Shown piece by piece: positions 10,040-21,400 of a stretch of 64,000 nt of DNA (positions are counted from its first letter, which is position 1; every line of letters starts with the position of its first letter). The stretch is from Eledone cirrhosa. Taxonomy: Eukaryota. Under the pieces are notes generated by a model, which searched no databases, had not been told where the DNA came from, and worked only from the letters and a program-made list of their open reading frames with translations. A program made the translations under genes and the position numbers. The stretch is taken from positions 42,904,001 to 42,968,000 of the forward strand of contig OZ024741.1 of assembly GCA_964016885.1 (NCBI GenBank), in the 5' to 3' direction.

Positions 10040-12350
10040 CTCTACGCAAATAGGGTAAATGATCCTTTCTCCCCTATCCTATTCCTCACCAAACATGCCC
10101 CTACTCAGAATAGACAACATAAATGCACATGGCCTGGGGTCGTCATGGAAGCAGGGTCACTTGCTCAACAACCTCAGCTCAATGAACAAAGATGTGGTGG
10201 TCATCAGGGAGACCAGAATTTCTGAAGCACGAGCCATCGCACCGATCTTCGGCGGCTACAATGCGTATGCATCTCCCAGCCATCCGGGAGCGGGGGTGAA
10301 GTTGCTGTTCTTTTCCGGAGAGGCTTGGATATCGCCGTACGGGCCACCTTCCTGGACCCAGAAGGTAAGTCGGTGGTGCTAGACGTGACCGGCAGCGAAG
10401 TTAATGTTTTCAGGCTAGTAGCCGTCTACGCCCCAACAGGGACAGGACGGTCAGATTTCTTCAGATGTCTAGAGACCTTTCTAGGAACGTCCCACTCTTT
10501 AGTGTTAATGGGCGACTAGAACGGTATATTAGATGTACACTGGGATTATGTGGGGCTAGTATACAGGGCAGGAGGGTGTAAAAGCCTCAGCAAGCTGCCC
10601 AGACCTTTCGAACTGTCTGACAGGTATCGACTGAATTATCCGAATGTGCCAATGAGGATATGAGCACACCGCATCGGGTTATCCAGATCGTATCTAGATA
10701 GGGTATTCTGTAGGGAAACAGATAAGGCTAGTGAAGGTTGTCCACAATTTAAAGTAATCGACTAGACGGACCACAAATGTGTGATATGTGAAATTGACTT
10801 AGGTAGACTCCATAGCCAGGGCGCGGTTACTGGAAGCTGAGCGCGCAAAGCTTACAGAGACCGGATTAGCAAATTAGTTAAGCGTGCGTTGACGGGTGCG
10901 ATCGTCAACAACAGGTGGTTTACCCTGAAAAGGGCAATTAGAATAGAATCGATAAGGTTTAGCAAAGGAGTAGCGATAGAGGAAAACGGAGTAGAGGGAG
11001 TGCTATTTAGAAGGCTAGAAGAGGCGTTTAGGTAAGGGATCATAACGGATATGCTTGTGGTGAGATTGGCACTCAACCAATTCTTCACTGCAAAGCACAA
11101 AGGCTGCGTTGTCAGAGCCTGAGTACGTGGTCTGAGACACGATGGGACGAAAGCCGTCCAATGAGTCCGGGTGGTAGAGGCGCGATGTTTCAACAAACCC
11201 ACAATTCGGTCTTTGCCTGACCCAAAACGGGCGCATGTTGCTCGAACCCGAGCAGATATATGAGGCTTTTCAGCAGCACTTTGTTCAACTTTTCGGGAGT
11301 AGCGGTGGGCCAGATCGGAGTATTAACTTCGGTGCATACTTCGACGGACTGCTCTGGCTCTCGACGACCGCAGCGCAGTGTTGCGAAAAGCCGATAACAG
11401 CAGGTGATATACGGGAAGCGATATCTGATCTCACGAGGGGTAAATCGCCATGTTTGGATGGTCTGCCCTACGAGTTTGATGCGTACATATCAGACTTGTT
11501 CAGTGACCTGTTGGTAGACGTCTACGGGGAGACCCTGGGCGTCGAAGATCATCAGCCGTTCGCTCTCTTCGGGAGAACCTTCAGGCCGTGGGCTATGTAT
11601 AACTTCCAGAAATACCTGGCCTGGCAGTGCCAGGTATATAAATACCGGGTAGCGTTGCCGGTTCGAGATAAGCTCTACAGGCACGGAAGTGCCGTCAGCC
11701 AAACCTGTCGGAGATAAGCGCAGGGCGACGAAACCGTCGTGAACGCACTCGTTCAGTGCCCGAGCATTGCTGACTTGTGGGACTATGCCGACCTGTTGCT
11801 GTTGCGTGCAGCACGGATCCGGTTATCGACTGAGTCCACTGTGCAGAGAGCCCCACCGTCCTCCTTTAAGGAGCAGGAAGGGCTAGAAGTTTTCATTTGT
11901 GGGCAAGGTTGAAATGATTGAAGACGGACACTTTCCTCTCCGGGGAATCCCCGATAAACTTTTTCAAATTTCACCCGAAGAAGAAAATCAGGGTGGAGAG
12001 GAAATTGCTGTCTTCTAGTAAGTTTGTTGAAAGGTGGGTAAAAGTGGCGACTCTGGTCCGAGTGAACGGCCTCGCTCTGAGTATGCGCCTGTAAACTGAG
12101 GAGTGGGAGAACTGACAGAGGGCTCTTTACCTGGTGGTCAGGGTGGCCGTGGTATTTTGTGAGGTTTTCGCCACGTGTAACGACCTATTGGGGCATTTTT
12201 GTTGATTAAATTTCTTAATTTTTATGTTATTTTTTAATGTTATATTCTTTTTTGTACACGACTAAGACCAAATCTGTATCATTCTATACCGTTCTGTGTC
12301 GTCTGCAATGTCTTTCTTCGTGTTAGCCCTTGTGGCCAATAAAGAAACCA
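10040..12350 (+). mobile_element. Tx1-clade LINE copy T1, 5'-truncated, RT core deleted
   Basis: APE motifs INAHGL, ETR, VYAPTG, MGD; fused at ~11525 to the C-terminal YRVALPVRDKL..C..C region; 3' end gcccttgtggccaataaagaaa; (ATT)-rich 5' flank. Confidence 0.85.
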
Positions 12351-12352
12351 TT

Positions 12353-12535
12353 GTCAGTATCGGTAGAGGGTCGGACGCCATGCTTTCCAGCATAGTTAAG
12401 TCCCTTTACGATCTGAGTTCAAATCCCGCCGAGGTTGACTTTGCCTTTCATCCTTACGGGGTCGATAAAATAAAGTACCAGTAATGCACTGGGTAATTTG
12501 CTGGCATTGTGCCTAAAGTAGAAACAATTATTATT
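12353..12535 (+). mobile_element. tRNA-derived SINE
   Basis: Same head, B-box, core and tail; directly abuts the T1 3' end. Confidence 0.85.
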
Positions 12536-12550
12536 TGTATTATTATTATT

Positions 12551-13578
12551 GTTCTTTGAGTCTCAGTCATTGATGCTATTTAACTGGAAGGTTTGTTGAA
12601 ATGGATATCAAACCACTACCTGCAGCCTCAGACATTCAGGACGTATCGGAGGCTTCTTGCTGTTCACAGCAAGCATGCCTTTTGAAGTGTTCCAAAAAGC
12701 GGGGCTGGACTAATCATCTTTAACCATCCTTGGAAACTCTTTGAGATAGTACCTAGTGCGCCTATGTCAATCGGGACGACCGTGATTTCATGGCAGTTCC
12801 AAATCCTTTTTAACTCCCACTTTAGATGCTGGTGTCGATTAATTATCTCCCTCTCCTTTTCTTGCACTCTCGTGTCAAATGGGCATGCTACATCTACAAT
12901 CAGGCACGATCTTTTTTCCTTGTGCAAAACCACCAGGTCAAGCCTATTGTGTTCTAATTTCTCGTCCGTCTGTATCCTAAAATCCCATATCACCTTCACC
13001 TGATCGTTTTCTATCATCGACTCTGGCTTATGCTCATACCACTTTTCAGAATGTGGTAAATTGTTTACTTTGCATAGATTCCAGTGGATCCCCCTGCCTA
13101 TCACATCATGTCGCCAGCCTTTATAGTGAGTCTGGGCTAGGTGTTTACACTCGGATACAATATGAGCTATATTCTCCTCTCTCCAGATTTTCTCCTCTTC
13201 CCAGCTTGTATCCTGCTCTCACTTTTCGCAATATGACGGACAGGGGTATTAGATCAAGTACAAACAACATAGACGACAAAATATCTCCCAGGAAGATACC
13301 TCTCTTGATCTTGACGTCATCAAAAGGATTCTCCACCTGATGTTAACTCTGTTTCCCAGGACTTCATACTTTTGCTTAATAGCTGTCTGATGTTATTCTG
13401 CCACCTTGAGGATCTCTAGACTTTTGGTTATCCAAGAATGAGGTACCATTTAGAATGCCTTTTTGTAATCTATCCATCCCATGGCAAGACCAGTGTGCCT
13501 TCTCTTGCAATTCCTCATTACCATCTTATCAATAAGTAACTGGTCTTTGTACCACGGGACTTCTTTCGGCATCGTTCA
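12551..13578 (-). mobile_element. Dong/R4-clade family A fragment with internal deletion
   Basis: ORF 12664-13104 has WDFRIQTD..HNRLDLVV..IVDVACP..PIDIGALG (RLE); RT piece IKRGIFLGDILS is fused at ~13180; family A 3' UTR present. Confidence 0.85.
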
Positions 13579-13581
13579 ATC

Positions 13582-13835
13582 CTCTTGCTTTATGTTCATA
13601 CGAGTTATCTCCAAGTCACAACGAGGTCCGCCATGTTCAAAAAAGAACATACATACTCACACATGCATCTTTAGTGTTTAGACTTGTGATGTACATATAT
13701 TGACAGAATCTTCCTTAGTATATGGGTAGTTCCCATTAGTACTATCTTTTGATAGGATAAGATGGGATTTGGGATAAGTAATCATTAGACCCCTTAGGTA
13801 TCATTCCTAGAGCGGCTACAACCACTGGTATTGTT
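13582..13835 (-). mobile_element. Dong/R4 family B 3' fragment
   Basis: Matches 30869-31155 (3' UTR and ORF end) with deletions. Confidence 0.8.
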
Positions 13836-13839
13836 TGGG

Positions 13840-14005
13840 CGGACACCATGCTTTGAAGCATAGAGTTACGTCCCTTTATGATCTGAGATCAAATCCCTCC
13901 GAGGTTAACTGTGCCTTTCATCTTTGCGGGGTCGATAAAATAAAGTACCAGTAATGTACTGGATAATTGCTGACTTTGTGCTAAAAGTACAAACAATTAT
14001 TATTA
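13840..14005 (+). mobile_element. SINE, slightly 5'-truncated
   Basis: Core and tail followed by (ATT)n. Confidence 0.8.
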
Positions 14006-14040
14006 TTTTTAATTTTTTTAATTTTTTATTATTATTATTA

Positions 14041-14156
14041 TATACGTGTGTGTGTATGTGTGTGTGTGTGTATGTGTGTGTGTGTGTGTGTGTATGTCTG
14101 TCTGTCTTCGTATTGCTGAAATTGAAAGACAATTTTCTACGATACTTGTTGTAACG
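14041..14156 (+). repeat. Left copy of the direct duplication bracketing the retroelement cluster
   Basis: tatac-(GT)n-ttcgtattgctgaaattgaaagacaattttctacgatacttgttgtaacg; recurs at 46133-46258. Confidence 0.85.
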
Positions 14157-14178
14157 TAGAAACAATTATTATTATTAT

Positions 14179-14295
14179 TAAATCCCGTCAAGGTTAACTT
14201 TGCCTTTCATCCTTACGGGGTCGATAAAATAAAGTACCAGCAATGTACTGGGTAGTTGCTGGCTTTGTGCTAAAAGTAGAAGTAATTATTATTAA
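14179..14295 (+). mobile_element. 5'-truncated SINE
   Basis: Begins inside the B-box region; core and tail present. Confidence 0.8.
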
Positions 14296-14299
14296 TATT

Positions 14300-17200
14300 A
14301 CAGTTGCATTTATCTTGCTTTATGTTCATACGAGTTATCACCAAGTCACAACCAGTGACCTCAAGAGACAACAAGGTCCGCCATGTTCAAGAAAGAACAT
14401 ACATACACACACATGCATCTTTAGGTGTTTAGACTTGTGATGTACTTATACTGACAGAATCTTCCGTAGTATATGGGAAGTTCCCATTAGTACTATCTTT
14501 TGTATTTCTCCTATACGCGGGTTTACTGGGATGTGCGATAAATAATCATTAGACCCCTTAGGTATCATTCCGAGAGCGCCTACAACCACTGGTATTGTTT
14601 TAGTCCTCAATTTCCACATTTTTCCAATTTCTATCTCCAAGTCCTTATACTTGCTCAATTTTTCAAATGTTTTTATAGATACATTCTTGTCTATTGGAAC
14701 GGACATATCAATTAGCAGGCATACCCTCTTTTTAAAGTCCTTCAGTATTATATCAGGTCTATTTGCATCTATTTTTCGGTCTGTTTGGATGCTAAAGTTC
14801 CACAAGATTGAGATGTGATCTTTTTCAAGTATGGGAGGTGGTTGATGCTCCCACCAATTCCCACCAGATGGGGCAGGTCAAAATGCTTACACATTATCCA
14901 ATGTATGTATTGTGCAGCTCTGTCATGTCTGTTTAGGTATTCGGTTGGAGCTATAGGACTGCACATTGAAATTATATGATCAATGGTCTCTGGTTGTTTT
15001 TTATATACACGGCATAATGGGTTGCGTCCATTTTTTTTATTATGTTGGCTTGGTAATTTTTTCTTGTGCTGATATAATCAGTCCTTCAGTCTCCGATTTC
15101 AGTCCAGAGGATGCCAACCACTGATGGGTTAAAGTTTTGTCAACATCAGGATTGTTAGCTCGCTCTGGGTATTTTCCATACAGAGGCTTTTCTTGCCATT
15201 TCTTAGCCAGTATCTGTAGCAGTTATTTCTTTGCAGTTACTTTTACCTGCTTTGCTTTTTCTGTGTTTTCCATTTCAGCAGTAAATGGGACTGCCGAAAT
15301 TTGTAGTCCATTACTGTATCTTTGTGCATCTTTTGTAATGGAATATGATCTTTTGATGCTTTCGTGTTTCAACACGAGTTTGATCATCCAATCATGTGAT
15401 TCCCTTAGATATGTAGATAATCCAATTGTTGCAGTTTTCAACGCAATATCTAACTGGATTAACCCACGTCCTCCTTCTTTCCTAGGGAGATATATTCTAT
15501 CTGTATCTGCTTTAGGGTGATTGATATATTCTGTGCATGGTTAAGAATTTTCGAATTTTTGTATCGAGCCTACGGATCTCTGTGCTTGACCAGTTGATCA
15601 CATTTTAACTGTAGGTTACTACTGGTATGACAAACGTGTTTATGGCATCGATCCTATTCCTTGCATTCAATTCCGTACTTAAGATTGCTGTTACTCTGCG
15701 GTAACATTCCTTCCTTATCTTTTCCCTCATTGTCGAGTGCTAGATTCCGTCTCCTTCACAAACACCTAGATATTTGTAAGTTTCCTCTTGATCAAGTTCT
15801 CTTATCACATTCCCCCGATCAAGATTAATGTCTGAACTTTTCAGCAGCTTTCTTCTGGTGAACGTTGCTTTGGCGCATTTATCTTGTCCAAACACCATTT
15901 TAATGTCATCACTGAACTGCTCCACAGTGGATAATAGTGGACAATTGTTCATCCTTTTTTGCAAATTGTTTCAGGTAATCCATGTAGAACAAGTGATTAA
16001 TGGTTTTGTCATAGACTTTATATCCATGTTTTGTTTCATTGAGCATTTTACTTAATGGTATAAGTGCGATGCAGAATAAAAGCGGTGATAAAGAGTCACC
16101 CTGAAAAATTCCACAATTAATATTAACTTCTCCAGCTTCCAGTGATTCATTTTCACTATTCAAAAGGAGTGTCGTTTTCCATGGCTTCATACTGAATGAC
16201 AAGATTCCTGACAACGGGAGATATTTTGAAAATCTCTAAACATTATTCAATCCAACTGTGTAACAAACTATCGAATGCTTTTTTATAATCTATCGAAGCA
16301 ATTGATAGATTTTTGTGTCTATTATGACAATCTTCCAGTATCATTTGTTAACCAAAAGCTTATCCTTACAACCATATGAGCCATAACTTTTCTAAGTTTA
16401 GTTTGTTCAACATGGTCACCTACTTTGTAGTTTCTTAAAATGTCTATGTCAGATCGGAGAAAGTTTATTTGGCGATTGATGTTCTCTTGCCAAGTAGATT
16501 TCTTGTGGGAATTCCTTTGTTTTTTCATTTTCACTCCACATAAGTGAGTGGTGACTTTAGCCGATGCATAATAGAGATGATTTAAATCAGTAATGTTTAG
16601 TTTGTTTGTGATGATAATGTTTTTGAGAATTATGTTAGTGTTATGTATTATCTTTTGGTTCTGTTTGGAGTTCTGGATCTTAGGGAGGGTGTCAGATTCT
16701 TTCATTTTCATCCATTCGATCATAATTTCATCCTTCAAGTTGGCAAGTTCATTCTCATTCATTTCCTTATCATTTACGATCTCATTGTTTTCATTTTGAG
16801 TTTCATCTTGAGCATGCACTCCCTCCACTTTTTCGATCCTTTGTTTAATTTGTTCTGTTGTCAGTGATTCTGCTACAACCCTGGGATTCGAAGTGTTACA
16901 ATTTACCTCGTTTTCACTGACACATGTTTCATTTTCCCTTCGCTGACTTTGTGCTAATAGCCAGATCTGATCAATTTCTATATCAGTTAGTAACTTTTTT
17001 TTTACAATATTTCTTCGTATATTGACTAGTTTGTTACTGTCAATATAGCCTCTGTTTTCGGGATGTTTCTTTTTCCAGTTGATATATATCTGTTCTGTAT
17101 TGGGTCTATTTGATGGGTAGTACAAGGACTTCTTTATTATCTTTCCTTGACCATTTTTCTCTCTTTTTCTTTGGATTTCTTGGTGGTGAGCATGGAGGGC

Positions 17201-18418
17201 CAACCGTAGGAGTATTCCGGCTATGGGAGGTCTCCAGCTCCGAAGTGATGGGTAGGTTTGAACCATTAGCTGATTTTTCGACCCCAGTCTGGTTCCTCTC
17301 TGACGGACGCGGCCCTTTTTGACAAGGGTGACGCCCGATCCGGTATGAGATTTTATCATTTGACATTTACTTTATTTTGTCGCGTTTTATCCTTAACGGC
17401 CAAGGGGTAATCATATCATGCTACCACTTCTAGGACGAGTGTCAACCAAGACTAGAGGGGTCGTCCTCCACTAGAGACACGGCTATTATCCGCCGGCCGC
17501 CATCCCGGTATTTCTTGGTCACGGGGTTTTCTTTTTTGTTGTTTTTTAAATTGTTATTATCATGAGTGGTTCCTTAATGTGTGCATTGCGAGGCTTATGA
17601 ATGAAATTATTATTAATAATATAATATATTTTTTGCTGAAGTTGCCTGTTTTTGTTGTTGGCTATGTCGGTGGTGGTGCTGGGGCTTTTTACATTGTTGG
17701 TGGGGAAGGGGGGAGTCAGCAGTCCCATAGTCGTTGACATTTTACCGAGTCACTAAGTCAATCTATTTATATCTTTTGCTAGCCTCTCCCTTGTCTAGTG
17801 ATACCGCCACCTTCCTCTTTCTTAAGTTAACAGAAGGTAATAGGGGAAATAGTGGTGGTAGCAATGAAGGAGTGGTGGCAGCGGTGATGGGATAGTGGTA
17901 GCAATGATGCATGGAGTGGTGGCGGCGGTGACTATAGTGATGGCGTTGTCGTTACTCAATGTTGTTGAATATACTCTAGTAGTATGCGTTTGTTTGATCT
18001 GTGTATCTATGCGGTTTGTCGCGTATGTTTAATATATGTGTTGACATATTTCCATAATATTTGAATTAAACATTTTGAGAAAACTTGAGATACAATAATA
18101 GTAATTATTATTATGCTGGGACGCCATGCTTTGCAGCAAAGAGTTACGGCCCTTTATGGTCTGAGTTCAAATCCCGACGAGGTTAACTTTGCCTTTCATC
18201 CCTACGGGGTCGATAAAATAAAGTACCAGTAATACACTGGGATAATTGCTGGCCTTGTGCCAAAAGTAGAAACAATTGTTATGCTGGGATTGGTGGTGGT
18301 GAAATTGCCATTATCTGGCTGTTGTATTTAGTGTACACAGAAGGGTGAAGTGATAGGTGGTGTATCTAGTTTGTGGTGTTGGTGAGATTGCTGTTATTTG
18401 GCTGTTCTGTATAGTGTA
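14300..18418 (-). mobile_element. Dong/R4 family B copy B1, near full length, decayed, internal deletion at ~16385
   Basis: N-terminal KREKWSRKDN; RT GIFQGDSLSPLLF and HLFYMDYLK; RLE RHD, NRPDIIL, LIDMSVP, KLSKYKDLE; GGT-rich upstream region; 5' end abuts a TAA tract. Confidence 0.85.
18119..18280 (+). mobile_element. SINE inserted in the B1 5' region with a short target-site duplication
   Basis: Flanked by ttatgctggga on both sides; absent from the homologous block at 30395-30410. Confidence 0.85.
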
Positions 18419-18439
18419 TTATTGTTATTATTATTGTTT

Positions 18440-21400
18440 TTTTTCAACGTTTTACCTCGATTTCAACCGTTCTAAACCTTTTATTCAAGTTTTAAATTTG
18501 ATAAAAGTTTAGAAGAAGTGACCCACCTAATACAGGGGTTCACTCGTAAATAATACAGCACCACTTTACGGGGTGTCGCATTCGTATTTGTGTAAAAATA
18601 TATATTTTTTTGAAAAAATTTCAACATGGATAACACAAGAAACAGAGAGAGCGCTGTCAGACAACACAGAGAGAGGGAGACTTTATCAGCATGTCAACAA
18701 GACAGCGTTCCAGCGGAGGTAAATATAAACGAAAATATTACAAAGGAAAAGAAGATTGTTACAGATTTAAAATTAACAAATATTTCTAACACAAACAACA
18801 CCAACAATAACACCAACAACAACACCAACAACAATAACATCAGCAACAACACACATAACAGCGGTAAAGTCGAGAACGACAATAACAATGACAATAACAA
18901 CAGTCACAACAATAATAGTAGGAACAGTATAAACAAAAACAACAATAATAACAACACCCACAATAACAGTAACAACAGCAACAGTATCAACGAAAACAAC
19001 AACAACACCAACAACTGTACCAACGAAAACAACAACAATGACACCGATAGCTGTAATAGCGATCTCAGCACCACCAGTAAGACCAGTAGCGGCAGCAATA
19101 GTGGTGCTACTGAAAAGGGGACCATTTCTTTTGCAGGTGTCGCCCGAAATATCGAGACAGTGTTAGCCACAGAGGAGGAGATGGCAGTCGCAAAGGCCAT
19201 GGTGACAAGAAGCGCCAATAGAGTCTCCCTGAAACCTCCACCCGATTTTTTCAAGGACCAGCAGTTACGGACGGTGACTTACCGCACCGTAAGCAAACTC
19301 TCACATCAGGTGAAGAGAGCCAGGAAGGCTCAAATCCAAAAGGCCTTGGGGTGCGACTGGGCACGCAAAACCCACATCACCCGAGGCAGAAAGTACGCCA
19401 CAGTAGACGTACTTTTCGCCACCCCCCAGGAAGCAAAGTCTCACTCTTTGGAAACCCTAAAGAGTGAGGAGATAATCTTGGTGCCCTCCTACTGCGGGCA
19501 GAAAATTGTGAGGGTCAAAGTAACCCAGGTCCCACCCGAGGTGCCCATACCTTGGCTGGGTGCGTCTGTCCTTGCTGGAATTGAGAACATGGTCTGCTGC
19601 AAGTAGAAAAAATAGGGAGAGAGAACTGGTCAGGTATAGGCATGAAAATGCTTATACAAACTGACCAGGAATGTATCGACGCTATCCCCGATATCATAGA
19701 CATCGAGGAAGGACTCTAACTCCCTATAAGTGTAGAAAGAAGACGGCCAAAATGTTATCTCTGTGGGTCGAAGGGTCACCTCAGGGCCTTTTGCCCGCAG
19801 AAGACAGCGAAGAAGGCCCCTCTCCTTCCAATACCTGCTACGCTACTACCAATAGCCCCTTCCACGGTGAGTAGGAGGGCAACGTCCGTAGCACCCGTAC
19901 CAAGGCCACGGACAACTAAAGCAGCATCATCAGTGGCGGCAACACCAATAGCTACATTTGAAGTAGCTACAGCAGCAACAAAAATGCCGAAGAGGGCTCC
20001 ACTACCACCACCAACAGCCGTGGAGTACATACCCCTCCCAGACGCCAAAGAATCCGACATGGAGTTTGAGGCGGGAGTGAAGTGGTAAACGGTCTGCTAC
20101 AAAAAAACAAAAAACAAAAACCCTTAGATTCACCCTCCAAAAGCGAAGGCATACAAAGACGGGTAAAGGCAGCAAGGAAACTTGCAGCAACACCACCCCC
20201 ATCACCACCACAAGCACCACTGACAACAACAACCACACCACCACCAGCATCACCAAAAACACCAACAACGCAAACACAACAAGACACACACATCAAACAG
20301 CAACAAGAAGAAAACAGCAACAAAATCACCCCTCCCCCCTAAAAAGTACACAGACATAAACATGGCAAAAAAAGAACTCATACAATATATAAAGCAGCAC
20401 ACAAACATCACAGAAAAAAACTACTACACCCCACCAACACCAAGAACTCTCCCGACAAACATAAGCATCATCGAAATCTCAATAGAACAGTACAAACAAT
20501 TAAAACAAAAATTCCTCAACGCAGTTGGAGACTTCAGAGTGTCGGTTACCAAGAGGATATACACTGACATCCTCTTGGAAACACCCATGACCAGCGAAAG
20601 GGATGGTTCAACTGTCCCTTGACCACACGATCAAGGTAAGTGACCCTTTCTCACTTTCCCCGTTTCTCAGCCAACATTGCCGTACTCAGAATAGGCAGTA
20701 TAAATGCACGTGGCCTGGGGTCATCTTGGAAGCAGAGTCACCTGCTCAACGACCTCAGGTCACTAAACATAGATGTGGTGGCCATCAGTGAAACCAGAAT
20801 CTTCGAAGAACAAGCCTTCGCACCGATCTTCGGCGGCTACGATGTATACGCATCTCCCAGCTGTCCAGGATCGGGGGGAGGGGTTGCCGTACTATTTCGG
20901 AGAGGCTTGGATCTCGGGATACGGGCCATCTTCCTGGACCTAGAAGATAAGTCGGTGGTGCTGGACGTGACCGGCAGCGAAGGCAATGATTTCAGGCTAG
21001 TAGTCGTCTACGCCCCAACAGGGGCAGGACGGCCAGATTTCTTCAGAGGTCTAGAGACCTTTCTTGGAACATCCCGCTTTTTAGTGTTAGTGGGCGACTG
21101 GAACGGGAGGAGGGTGCAAGAGCCTCATCAACCTGCTCAGATGTTTTGAACTGCCTGACAGGTACCGAGTGGATCACCGAATGTGCCAATGTGGACATGT
21201 ACAAACCGCATCGGGTCATCCAGATCGTATCTAGATAGCGTATTCTGCAGAGAACTCGATAAGGCTAGTATAAGTTATCCACAATTTAAAATAGTCGACT
21301 TCACAGACCACAAATTTGTGATCTATGAGATCGAGATAGACAGACTTCATAGGCAAGGGCCTTGTTAATGGAAGCTGAACGCGTCTTTCCCAGCGCGCAA

